Of a stretch of DNA of 64,000 nt, positions 1 through 18,509 are shown one piece after another. Under the pieces are notes generated by a model. That model searched no databases. It saw nothing but the letters and a program-made list of their open reading frames with translations, and had not been told where the DNA came from. The position numbers were made by a program, and so were the translations under genes. Source of the stretch: an uncultured bacterium (GTDB taxonomy: Bacteria; Acidobacteriota; Thermoanaerobaculia; Multivoradales; JAHZIX01); the NCBI GenBank assembly GCA_965368975.1, contig CBDUPA010000017.1:32001-96000 (forward strand), in the 5' to 3' direction. Each line of letters begins with the position of its first letter. Positions within the stretch are counted from its first letter, which is position 1.

Positions 1-313
1 GGCGCTGCCGCTGGCGCTCGTCGTCAGTGCGGTCTCCGTCGAGTCGCGCGTGTGGACACCGTACGGCGTCTTGCTGGCCGTGCTCTCGGGGGCGCTGGCG
101 TCCGGTGTCGGCTACGCCCTCTGGTACCGCGTCCTGCCTCGCCTGGCAGCAATTCGCGCCGCGACGGTGCAGCTATCCGTACCGGTGTTGGCGGCGCTGC
201 TGGGAGCCTTGGTGGTCGGTGAACCGGTGACCGTGCGGGTGGTGGTCGCGGGAATGCTGATCCTGGGAGGCATCGCACTGGACATCCAGTCGCGAGATCG
301 ACTTTCCGGCTGA
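1..313 (+). CDS. DMT/EamA-family transporter, 3' fragment (truncated by window start)
   Basis: Hydrophobic helices with EamA-like pattern (ALASGVGYALWY...QLSVPVLAALLGALVVGEPVT...GMLILGG); TGA at 311-313. Confidence 0.85.
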   Translation, partial: ALPLALVVSAVSVESRVWTPYGVLLAVLSGALASGVGYALWYRVLPRLAAIRAATVQLSVPVLAALLGALVVGEPVTVRVVVAGMLILGGIALDIQSRDRLSG

Positions 314-339
314 TCGACTTTCCGGCTGATCGACTTCGG
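296..339. repeat. 16-bp tandem repeat (GATCGACTTTCCGGCT x2 plus a partial copy) spanning the EamA stop codon
   Basis: Read directly in sequence. Confidence 0.85.
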
Positions 340-341
340 AG

Positions 342-1385
342 CTAGGGCGGGCAAGTCGCGAAGGCGCGCGTGTCCTGGACGGGAACGTAGGCTTGCCCGA
401 GGGGGCTGGAGTAGGTGCGTTGCTGGCCGGTTTGGAGATCGGTGACGCGCAGCTCGACTTCGACATTGGTCAAGCCGCCGGCGAAGACCCAGAAGCGCGG
501 GTGCAGAGCTTTGCAGGCGTCGAGCACCTTGACGATCAGCTCGATGTTGTCGGGGCTGAAGAACCAGACGGCGCCGGTATCCGCGGTGAGCAGCTGAGAT
601 CTGCCATGCCCGGCCGTTCCGTCGCTGCGCCGCCAGCGCGTCTCGACCGCGAAGCGACCGTCGCGCAGCAGCAACGGCGGCGGTGGTTCGATGTCGGTAC
701 GGGTGAAGACGAATCGACCCAGGTACGGCGTGCCGTTCCCCAGTGGGCCATGGGTGATGTGGGAGATCGGCTGTGCTGGTTGCGTGTCGGCGTCGGCAGA
801 GCGGTAGGTCGGGCCGCTGTCCGTACCGGCGTCCCAGGGGACGAGGTCGACGACCAGTTCTTCGACCCAGGAACCGCCGCGCAGCAGCGGCAGATCCGCG
901 ACACCGACGAACCAGTCGGGACTCGGTGCGATCATGGTCACCAGGGTGACGCGCGGGAAGGCTTCCTGGATCGTGAAATCGAGGCTGGCCGTGTCGGGTG
1001 AGCGCTCGATGCCGGGCCCGATGAAGACCTGGTCGGAGAGACCGGTGGCGTTGCGGATCTCGGTGGCCAGTCGGTTCGGATCGCCCAGTTCGGCCATTCT
1101 CTCAATCCCTGGGCTAGCCAGCGCGCCCGGCTGCCAGAAGGACACGCCGGAAGCGTGCGTGCCGCCCACGAGTCTCGAGAAGTGCGGCCGTCCAGGAAAG
1201 CTCTGCGGATGCGTCGCGGCACTCCAGGTGGCCTCGAAGCGGACGGTGTAGCGCGCGGTCGGCTCGGCGGCCTGGCACGGGAGGACGGTCGTGAGGCTCA
1301 GGAGAACGGTGGCCCAGACGGCCGGCACGACTCCGGGCAAGGCTCGCAGGAACAAGGCTCGCAGGAATACGGTGGAGGGTCGCAT
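342..1385 (-). CDS. Secreted Spondin_N-domain protein with conserved C-terminal beta domain
   Basis: Signal-like N-terminus; spondin motifs (YTVRFEATWS..THP, HFSRLVGGTH, MIAPSPDWFVGV, WDAGTDSG); C-terminal FFSPDNIELIVKVLDAC...FWVFAGGLTNV domain. Start ATG 1385 preferred over 1406. Confidence 0.8.
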   Translation of the reverse strand: MRPSTVFLRALFLRALPGVVPAVWATVLLSLTTVLPCQAAEPTARYTVRFEATWSAATHPQSFPGRPHFSRLVGGTHASGVSFWQPGALASPGIERMAELGDPNRLATEIRNATGLSDQVFIGPGIERSPDTASLDFTIQEAFPRVTLVTMIAPSPDWFVGVADLPLLRGGSWVEELVVDLVPWDAGTDSGPTYRSADADTQPAQPISHITHGPLGNGTPYLGRFVFTRTDIEPPPPLLLRDGRFAVETRWRRSDGTAGHGRSQLLTADTGAVWFFSPDNIELIVKVLDACKALHPRFWVFAGGLTNVEVELRVTDLQTGQQRTYSSPLGQAYVPVQDTRAFATCPP

Positions 1386-1412
1386 ACTGGAAGGTACGCA
1401 GGACACGCGCGC

Positions 1413-1457
1413 CCGGATCTCAGCGCGCCGGATCTCAGAGCACCGGAGTTCAGAGTG
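1413..1457. repeat. Degenerate 15-bp tandem repeat x3 (CCGGATCTCAGCGCG-like) overlapping the GT2 stop codon
   Basis: Read directly in sequence. Confidence 0.75.
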
Positions 1458-2373
1458 CCAGCACTCGGTACTCGAGGCACCCCCGCAATCGCCCGACGCG
1501 CCAGCCGGCGAGCCACAGCCAGCGTGAACGGCCGGATCTCGTCCAGATCGCCCTCGCCAGTCGCAATGCCAGCATCAACCACTTGGCGCCGCCCTTGAAC
1601 AGGCCACCCCACAGTCCCAGCTTGGGCATGCCGTGTGGCTGGTACTTCTTGTAGATGTAGACGTTGTATCGACCGTAGTTCAGGCCTTGCCGGAACAGGC
1701 CCTTGGATGTCTCGCGGTGGCGCACGTGTACGACGGCGTCGCGGGCGAAGTCGAGGTCATGGCCGGCGAGTTGGACCCGCCAGGTGTAGTCAGTGTCCTC
1801 GAGCAGCGGCATGTCCTCGTCGAAGCCGCCGATCGCGTCGTGGATCGCCTTGTGGATCGCCAGGCCACCGCCGCCGGCGTGCTTCAGGAAGGGCGGATCG
1901 GCGTAGGGCTCGAGACCGTCGGCTTGCGGGTTGTGCCGGCTCTCGACCACCCAGGGCGGATTGAGCCGGGCGAAGTCGTAGCGACAGGCGAGGAACTCGT
2001 GCGCTTCCAGGCCTTTGGCCAGTGCCTGCAACCAGCCGTCGCCGACCACGTCGTCGGCGTCACAGAACAGCAATTTCTTGCCGCGGGCGTGCCGGGCACC
2101 GACGTTGCGCGCGTGGGCCTGGCCGCGACGGTCGGCAGCGTCGACGCTGCGCAGGGATACGGGAAAGTCGGCGGCGCGCTGGTGCACCACCTCGACGCTG
2201 CCGTCGGTCGAGCCGTTGTCGGCGACGAGGACCTCCCAGCTAGCCATATCTTCAGTGGCCTGGCTCGCCAGAGCGTCGAGTTGCTCGCCGAGGTAACGCG
2301 CGGCATTCAGACACGGGATGACGACACTGACGTCGAGTTGTGATGAGGGCTCGGTGGCAGGAGTGGAGGACAT
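1450..2373 (-). CDS. Glycosyltransferase family 2
   Basis: VSVVIPCLN, VADNGSTD, ARNVG, FCDADD, GGFDE, EDTDY motifs. Confidence 0.92.
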   Translation of the reverse strand: MSSTPATEPSSQLDVSVVIPCLNAARYLGEQLDALASQATEDMASWEVLVADNGSTDGSVEVVHQRAADFPVSLRSVDAADRRGQAHARNVGARHARGKKLLFCDADDVVGDGWLQALAKGLEAHEFLACRYDFARLNPPWVVESRHNPQADGLEPYADPPFLKHAGGGGLAIHKAIHDAIGGFDEDMPLLEDTDYTWRVQLAGHDLDFARDAVVHVRHRETSKGLFRQGLNYGRYNVYIYKKYQPHGMPKLGLWGGLFKGGAKWLMLALRLARAIWTRSGRSRWLWLAGWRVGRLRGCLEYRVLAL

Positions 2374-2376
2374 GGT

Positions 2377-3180
2377 CTACATTTCCGGTGGCGCCTGGCG
2401 CAGCGTCTGCAGGTGGTCGAGGTCGGGAGGCAGCAGGCGGTAGCCATAGCGGGGCTGGCCGCAGCGCAGTAGCTCGGGGAGAGTGACGAAGTCGTAGCGA
2501 CCGGTGAACTCGTGCAGCACCTGGTCGACGGCGTCGAGGGTTGGCTGGCGGCTGCGGTAGTGGTCGTGGCCTTCGGGAAAGGTGGCCAGGCGGTCGTGCA
2601 GCAGGACGATGGCGCCGGGTTCGAGGCGCGTGCGAATGCGCGCGGCCAGGACGTCGGCGGGGTCGTCGCGCCAGTCTTCGGCGATCACGTCGCCCATGAC
2701 CACGGTGTAGCCCAGCTCCAGCGCCTGGCGCAGGCTGGTGCGCGTCTGGTGGCCGTAGGGGGGACGCAGGAGGCCGCGATCCCCGCCGACACCCTCGAGG
2801 ACATCTGCACAGCGTTGCAGCTGCGTGACGCGATGCGGTGCGGGCAGCAAGGGCAGGGACGGGTGGTCCCAGGTGTGGTTGCCGAGGGCGTGGCCGGCGT
2901 CGACCAGGCGGCGCAGGATGTCGGGATGACGGGCGGCTGCGTTGCCCACGACGAAGAAGGTGCCGCGGGCGCCGTGGCGTTCCAGCAGGTCGAGCAGACG
3001 CGGCGTCCACTCGGCATCGGGGCCGTCGTCGAAGGTCAGCGCGACACCTCGACCAGCACCGCGTACGCGCATCACGGTGCCATTGCCGGTGGTCAGCCGG
3101 ACGGCGAGGTGCTCGGCGCCGCGGCGGCTGGAACGAAGAATAGGGCGCAGGGCGCGCGGCACGGGGCAAGGAGGACTCAC
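2377..3180 (-). CDS. NodB-type polysaccharide deacetylase (CE4)
   Basis: LTFDDGP, NHTWDH, RPPYG, DW and IVLLHD motifs in the C-terminal part of track ORF 2377..4245. In-frame GTG at 3180 lies just after the PKS-NRPS stop; exact start uncertain. Confidence 0.85.
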   Translation of the reverse strand: MSPPCPVPRALRPILRSSRRGAEHLAVRLTTGNGTVMRVRGAGRGVALTFDDGPDAEWTPRLLDLLERHGARGTFFVVGNAAARHPDILRRLVDAGHALGNHTWDHPSLPLLPAPHRVTQLQRCADVLEGVGGDRGLLRPPYGHQTRTSLRQALELGYTVVMGDVIAEDWRDDPADVLAARIRTRLEPGAIVLLHDRLATFPEGHDHYRSRQPTLDAVDQVLHEFTGRYDFVTLPELLRCGQPRYGYRLLPPDLDHLQTLRQAPPEM

Positions 3181-3196
3181 GGCTGCTGTCCGCGCT

Positions 3197-11641
<8,445 letters not shown>

Positions 11642-11771
11642 GGCTGTTCTTCCTGGGGCCGGCTAGGTGCTGGATAGTGAAGTTGGACCGATACGATGAG
11701 CAGCGGCATGATAGCGCAGGCTAGGAATTTCCAGGTCGCCAGGAGTTCCGCCGAAGCAGAAGGAGCGCCAC

Positions 11772-11808
11772 GATATAAGGGCGCCCGCGGTCGGGCGCCC
11801 TTGATATC
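11772..11808. terminator. Stem-loop between the precursor-peptide genes and the PKS-NRPS
   Basis: GATAT-AAGGGCGCCC(G)...(C)GGGCGCCCTT-G-ATATC inverted repeat; no clear U-tract. Confidence 0.45.
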
Positions 11809-11887
11809 TGTCGAGGCGGCGACGATCTGGTGAGCTACTGCCCACTGCTACTGCCTACTGGCCCTGGGGACTCACCATTCCTGAGTC

Positions 11888-12034
11888 TTACAGGTTGCAG
11901 CCGCAGAAGCTCGGGCAGGTGTAGGTCGGCATCCACGGTTCTTGCGGCATGTACTGCCCGCCCTGGGGCTGTTGCAGCTGCAGTTGGCTGAGGGTCTCGC
12001 GGCTGAGGCGCAGGGGCTTCGTGCTCTTCTTCAT
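11888..12034 (-). CDS. Putative RiPP (lanthipeptide-like) precursor, 48 aa: MKKSTKPLRLSRETLSQLQLQQPQGG-QYMPQEPWMPTYTCPSFCGCNL
   Basis: AGGAGA RBS upstream of ATG 12034; LxLxRx5L leader motif, GG site, Thr/Ser/Cys-rich core; paralog upstream. Confidence 0.75.
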   Translation of the reverse strand: MKKSTKPLRLSRETLSQLQLQQPQGGQYMPQEPWMPTYTCPSFCGCNL

Positions 12035-12104
12035 CGGGATTCTCCTTGGTTTGGATGAGCGGAAAGGAGGACGCCCGAGTTGGGCGCCCCCAAGATGGGG
12101 TGGG

Positions 12105-12200
12105 TTACTTGCGGGCACCATTGCCCTTGCAGTTGCCGGAGCAGCACTGGCTGTTCGACGACCAGGCGCAGTACCGCTGGCGCTGCAGGCGCAGGTGGTA
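12105..12200 (-). pseudogene. Remnant of a Cys-rich module (..SSNSQCCSGNCKGNGARK*)
   Basis: Manual translation of minus strand. No start codon in frame; TTCACSASGTA lies in the adjacent frame, suggesting a frameshift. Confidence 0.35.
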
Positions 12201-12254
12201 GGTCTCAGAGAAGCAAGGTACCCAAGGTGGGTGCCTGGACGCGGAAGACGTCGA

Positions 12255-12422
12255 TCAGCCGGTGCAGGCAGCTTCGGACATCTCGAGGCATAGGAGTCCG
12301 ATCTTCGTCAAGTCAGGGTCGAGTGGCCGCCAGATGCCACCCGGAGCCTTGGCGAGCTGCTCGCTCGTCAGGTGGGTGAGGGTTTCGCGACTCAGGTGGA
12401 GCGACTTTCTGGACTTCAGCAT
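12255..12422 (-). CDS. Putative RiPP precursor, 55 aa: MLKSRKSLHLSRETLTHLTSEQLAKAPGG-IWRPLDPDLTKIGLLCLEMSEAACTG
   Basis: Manually translated (below the track length cutoff); GAGGAGA RBS; same LxLSRETL leader and GG site as 11888..12034. Confidence 0.75.
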   Translation of the reverse strand: MLKSRKSLHLSRETLTHLTSEQLAKAPGGIWRPLDPDLTKIGLLCLEMSEAACTG

Positions 12423-12601
12423 GAATTCTCCTCAATGAGAGAGTGAATGGGTTCATCTCGACATCATTGCAGATGTCATGATGTTGAGTTGTAAGTTTAC
12501 ATATTTATCTGAATATGCTCAATGGGCCGGGGCGGACCAGGCGGGATCTGCCTGATGGGGTGGCGGCGCGTTCAGCTTCACGAAGCGCTACGATACGGAG
12601 C

Positions 12602-13852
12602 ATGCGCGTTCTCCTCGCCGTTTCCCGCTATCCCTGGCCCGCGCGCCGCGGCGACCAGCTGCGGGCGCTGCAGTTTCTCGACTTCCTGGCTGGTGAGCAC
12701 GACGTCACCCTGCTCGCTCCCGCTCCGGATCCCGACGACCCACCGCCGCCCGTCACGGAGTCCACGCGCTGGCGCCTGGTGACCTACGAGCGCAGTGGTG
12801 TCGCCGGCAAGTTGAAGGGGATGTTGCGTTGCGTGTTCGGTGGTTGGCCTTTGCAGAGTGCGCTTTTTGAGCACGCGGACCTGCGGCACAAGCTGCGCGA
12901 GCTAGCGCCGCGGGCGGATCTGGTGATCCTGCAGCTGTCGCGCCTGGCTCCGTACTTGGATGCGGTAGGAGACGTATCGCTGTGGGTTGACCTGATCGAC
13001 AGCCTGTGGCTCAACTTCGAGCGACGAGCGCGCGTTGACCGCTGGTGGCTGCGGCCGCTCTTGCGCTTCGAGGCCCATCGCCTGCTGCGCGCGGAGGCAC
13101 GGATGCTGCAACGAGCGCGGGGGGTTTGGGTGGTCTCCGAGCGGGATCGACGGGAGCTGGCGCGGCGGCTGCGCGGGCAGTTGGAGGAGGGGGTTCTTGG
13201 ACGCCTGCAGGTCCTGCCGCTGGCCTTCCCGCTCGATGCTTCGGAAGAGGTCTCCCGCGAAGAGAAGGCGGCCGATGCGACGCAGCGTCTGCTCGGCACG
13301 CCGCCGACCCTCGCCTTGACCGGGAACTTGGGCTACTTCGTCAACGTCGACGCCTTCTGCTGGTTCCTCGACACCGTCTGGCCGCCATTGCAGCGGCAGC
13401 GGCCAGAGTTGCGGCTGTGCTTGGCTGGGGCGAGGCCGGCTGTTGCGCTACGGCGGGCGGCGGTGCGGGCGGGGGTCGAGGTGATCGACACACCGCCGGA
13501 TCTGAAGGCCTTGCTCGCCCAAGCGGATGTGGCGCTGGCGCCGATGCGCTGCGGTTCGGGGCAGCCGCTGAAGATTCTTGAAGCGTGGCAAATGGGGGTG
13601 CCGGTGGTGGCATCGCCCTGGGCGGCGGCGGGAACGTCGGCGGTGGCGGGGGAGGACTTGCTGCTGGCGGGGCCGGCGGACGAGTGGGTGCGCACGCTGC
13701 TCGACGTGCTCGAAGTCTCGCCGGGTGCGGCGGCGCGTCGGGCCACTCTGGTCCGAGGTGGACGCGAGCGGCTGCGGGTAGCTTATGGCCGGCAGGGACT
13801 GCGGCAACGGCTGTTGCAACAACTCTGTGCCGGTGTACCGGGTCCAACGTGA
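12602..13852 (+). CDS. Glycosyltransferase family 4 (GT-B)
   Basis: SRYPWP..RGDQLR N-terminal motif, GNLGYFVN, APMRCGSGQPLKILEA; GGAG before ATG 12602. Confidence 0.85.
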   Translation: MRVLLAVSRYPWPARRGDQLRALQFLDFLAGEHDVTLLAPAPDPDDPPPPVTESTRWRLVTYERSGVAGKLKGMLRCVFGGWPLQSALFEHADLRHKLRELAPRADLVILQLSRLAPYLDAVGDVSLWVDLIDSLWLNFERRARVDRWWLRPLLRFEAHRLLRAEARMLQRARGVWVVSERDRRELARRLRGQLEEGVLGRLQVLPLAFPLDASEEVSREEKAADATQRLLGTPPTLALTGNLGYFVNVDAFCWFLDTVWPPLQRQRPELRLCLAGARPAVALRRAAVRAGVEVIDTPPDLKALLAQADVALAPMRCGSGQPLKILEAWQMGVPVVASPWAAAGTSAVAGEDLLLAGPADEWVRTLLDVLEVSPGAAARRATLVRGGRERLRVAYGRQGLRQRLLQQLCAGVPGPT

Positions 13853-13963
13853 CGTCCCACCCTGGCGCGCCCCGGTGGGTAGAAGTCTGCGCAGCTCATT
13901 GAAGATGCGCTGGTATCTGAGTGATGTGCAGTCAAGTTCTTGGTCGTCACCAGCTTTTAGGGG

Positions 13964-13992
13964 TTGACAGGATTCGAGGACCTCGGTAGTGT
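13964..13992 (+). promoter_or_regulatory. sigma70-type promoter of groESL
   Basis: TTGACA (13964-13969), 17-bp spacer, TAGTGT (13987-13992). Confidence 0.75.
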
Positions 13993-14018
13993 TAGCACTC
14001 AGTCGGGGTGAGTGCTAA
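13992..14018 (+). promoter_or_regulatory. CIRCE element (HrcA operator)
   Basis: Perfect TTAGCACTC-N9-GAGTGCTAA upstream of groES. Confidence 0.97.
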
Positions 14019-14118
14019 TAGCTCACTCCGCGAGTCTCCGGTCCCGGAGGCTTCCCTATCAAGCATAAAAAGCGATCTGCCCAGGCGGGCAGAGATCCAC
14101 GAAGAAGGAGGAACGACT

Positions 14119-16186
<2,068 letters not shown>

Positions 16187-16213
16187 CGCCTATCCCGTCG
16201 ACTGCCTTGCACG

Positions 16214-16249
16214 AGCGATCCGGCCTTCTGGTCGGGTCGCTTTTGCTTT
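16214..16249 (+). terminator. Rho-independent terminator of groESL
   Basis: AGCGATCCGGCC-TTCT-GGTCGGGTCGCT stem followed by TTTGCTTT. Confidence 0.8.
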
Positions 16250-16544
16250 GGCCGAGAGCGCGTGGCGGCTGATTCGGCCCCGGACCTTGTCAGCGTCGAC
16301 CTCTTGGTGTACACTCTCCCGGCTACATCGATTTCTCTCCTGTCTCAGCTGTGGGTCCCCCTTACATCCTGTGTAGACGTGTGTCTGCTCATGGCTTTCA
16401 GCCATAGTGCGGTCGACGGATTCTACCCGGATTGCGGGAGGGATCACTGCGTGTGCAGCTTCCAGACAGGTGTCCTATGCCTACCCCTTGCTGGGTCCAC
16501 AGACGCCACAATCCCAATCTCAGCTATGAGGAGGAACTGGAAGT

Positions 16545-18272
16545 ATGTCTACGCGTAAACTCGTATGTTGTCTGGCCATCGCTCTGATGGTCCTGTCCGC
16601 GGCCCCGATGCTGGCGCAGCGGACCGTCGCCTCGGTCGACTCGGAAACCATCCCGGGTACTTTCGACAAGGAAGCTCGCGCCGCCGAGCAGGCTCGTCAG
16701 GCCGCCTGGCTAACAGCTCGTGAGGGTCGTTCCCGGTTGCAGCCGGCTGTTGCCGAGCTGACCGATGCCGACCGTGAGACCCTCGCCAATGCTCGCACCG
16801 ACCAGGGCCGCATGCTCGTCGGTGTGACCAAGGACTTGGGCCTGCCGATCGCCACAAGCAATGAGCCGGGAATGTTCGGCCGTGTGCGCTCTGACCGTAG
16901 CGGTCAGATTTGGATGGGTGCCGTCCAGTCCCCGGGTGCCACCGCGCTTCGTCTGCACATCAGCAACTTCAACCTGCCCGACGATGCCGAGCTGTGGATC
17001 TACAATCGTCAGGGTCAGGCCTTCGGCCCGTACACGGGCAATGGCCCGAACAACAACGGTGAGCTCTGGACCAACACGATCTTCGGTGACGAGGTTCGCG
17101 TGCAGCTCCAGTTCCCGGAAGGCGCCTTCCGCGCGACTCGCAAGCAGATGGTCATCGAGCAGGTGCTGCACCTGGGCGACAACTTCCTGCTCGGCCGCAT
17201 GGCGCAAGCAGAGGACGACGACAAGGCCTTCTGTAGCTTCAACGCCTCGTGCGTCCAGAATGCCTCCTGCTCCACCGTGCCGTCCGCCATCGCTGCGAAC
17301 GCCAACGGCGTGGGCCACATGCAGTTCGTGATCGGCAGCTCCGGCTACATCTGCACTGGCAGTCTGCTCAACGACACCAACAGCTCCACCACGGTGCCGC
17401 TGTTCCTGACCGCCAACCACTGCCTGAGCACTCAGACGGTGGCGAACAGCCTGGAAGCTTTCTTCCAGTTCACCACCAGCTGCGGTGGTAGCTGCACCCT
17501 CGGTGGTTCGGTGCCGAGCACCAACGGTTCCACCCTGCTGGCAACCAACAGCACCAGCGACTACACGCTGCTGCAGCTGTCCGGCTCGCTGCCGTCCGGT
17601 AGCGTCCTGATGGGCTGGACCACCACCGCGGTGGCCAACTCCAACGGCACCCAGCTGTACCGCCTGAGCCACCCGAAGGGTTCGCCGCAGGCCTACTCCG
17701 AGCAGCAGGTCAACACTTCGGCTGGCACCTGCTCCGGCATTCCGCGCGGTGCCTGGATCTACAGCCGCCACAACCTTGGTGCCACCGAGGGTGGTAGCTC
17801 GGGTTCCGGCGTGGTCAACAGCAGCGGCCAGGTGGTCGGTCAACTGACCGGCGCTTGCGGCACCAACACCGGTAACTCCTGCGACAGCACCAACAACGCG
17901 GTCATCGACGGCGCGCTGGCCAGCTACTACAGCAGCGTTTCGCAGTGGCTCGACCCGACCACGGGTGGTGGTGGTTGCCATGTCGGTTCCATCGGCACGG
18001 CCAACTACTGCTCGGCTTCTTGCCCCTGCGACGATGGCGAAGGCGATTGCGACAGCAACAGCGAGTGCGTCAGCGGTACGACCTGCGTCAGCAACGTCGG
18101 CCCGAACTACGGATGGGCGTCCTGGGTGGACGTGTGCGAAGGTTCGAGCGGCGGCGGCCCGAACTCCTGCGTCGGCAACTGCGGCAGCCAGGCTTCGGGT
18201 GGTTGCTGGTGTGACAGCTCCTGCTCGTTCTACGGTGACTGCTGCTCCGACAAGGTCGCGGTCTGCGGTTGA
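16545..18272 (+). CDS. Secreted trypsin-like (lysyl-endopeptidase-like) serine protease with Cys-rich and somatomedin-B-like C-terminal modules
   Basis: Signal peptide; triad TANHC / DYTLL / GGSSGS; C-terminal SCVGNCG...CWCDSSCSFYGDCCSD. Confidence 0.88.
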   Translation: MSTRKLVCCLAIALMVLSAAPMLAQRTVASVDSETIPGTFDKEARAAEQARQAAWLTAREGRSRLQPAVAELTDADRETLANARTDQGRMLVGVTKDLGLPIATSNEPGMFGRVRSDRSGQIWMGAVQSPGATALRLHISNFNLPDDAELWIYNRQGQAFGPYTGNGPNNNGELWTNTIFGDEVRVQLQFPEGAFRATRKQMVIEQVLHLGDNFLLGRMAQAEDDDKAFCSFNASCVQNASCSTVPSAIAANANGVGHMQFVIGSSGYICTGSLLNDTNSSTTVPLFLTANHCLSTQTVANSLEAFFQFTTSCGGSCTLGGSVPSTNGSTLLATNSTSDYTLLQLSGSLPSGSVLMGWTTTAVANSNGTQLYRLSHPKGSPQAYSEQQVNTSAGTCSGIPRGAWIYSRHNLGATEGGSSGSGVVNSSGQVVGQLTGACGTNTGNSCDSTNNAVIDGALASYYSSVSQWLDPTTGGGGCHVGSIGTANYCSASCPCDDGEGDCDSNSECVSGTTCVSNVGPNYGWASWVDVCEGSSGGGPNSCVGNCGSQASGGCWCDSSCSFYGDCCSDKVAVCG

Positions 18273-18320
18273 GCCTTGAACTCTGACAGCGTCTTGTCGA
18301 GACGCTGAGCTGAGTCGAAA

Positions 18321-18360
18321 CGGCCCTGGTCCTCCTTGGATTCAGGGCCGCTTCTTGTTT
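18321..18360 (+). terminator. Probable terminator
   Basis: CGGCCCTG...CAGGGCCG stem followed by CTTCTTGTTT. Confidence 0.65.
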
Positions 18361-18509
18361 GTAGCAAGTTCTCGCCGGATCGCTGGGGGCGCGGGATCGC
18401 CGCCAATCTCGCCGGGCGTGGGTTTGCGTACGGCCACAACGTTCCCTACACTAGTTGCACTCGTTGAGTGCCCTCCCCCCAATCGCGGTCACACCGGCCG
18501 AGGAGTTGC

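Noticed and set aside
296-339. Possible CRISPR array
   Set aside because: Repeats are directly adjacent without spacers, and no cas genes are present
14008-14118. N-terminally extended GroES
   Set aside because: The extension begins inside the CIRCE element; RBS and homology support GTG 14119
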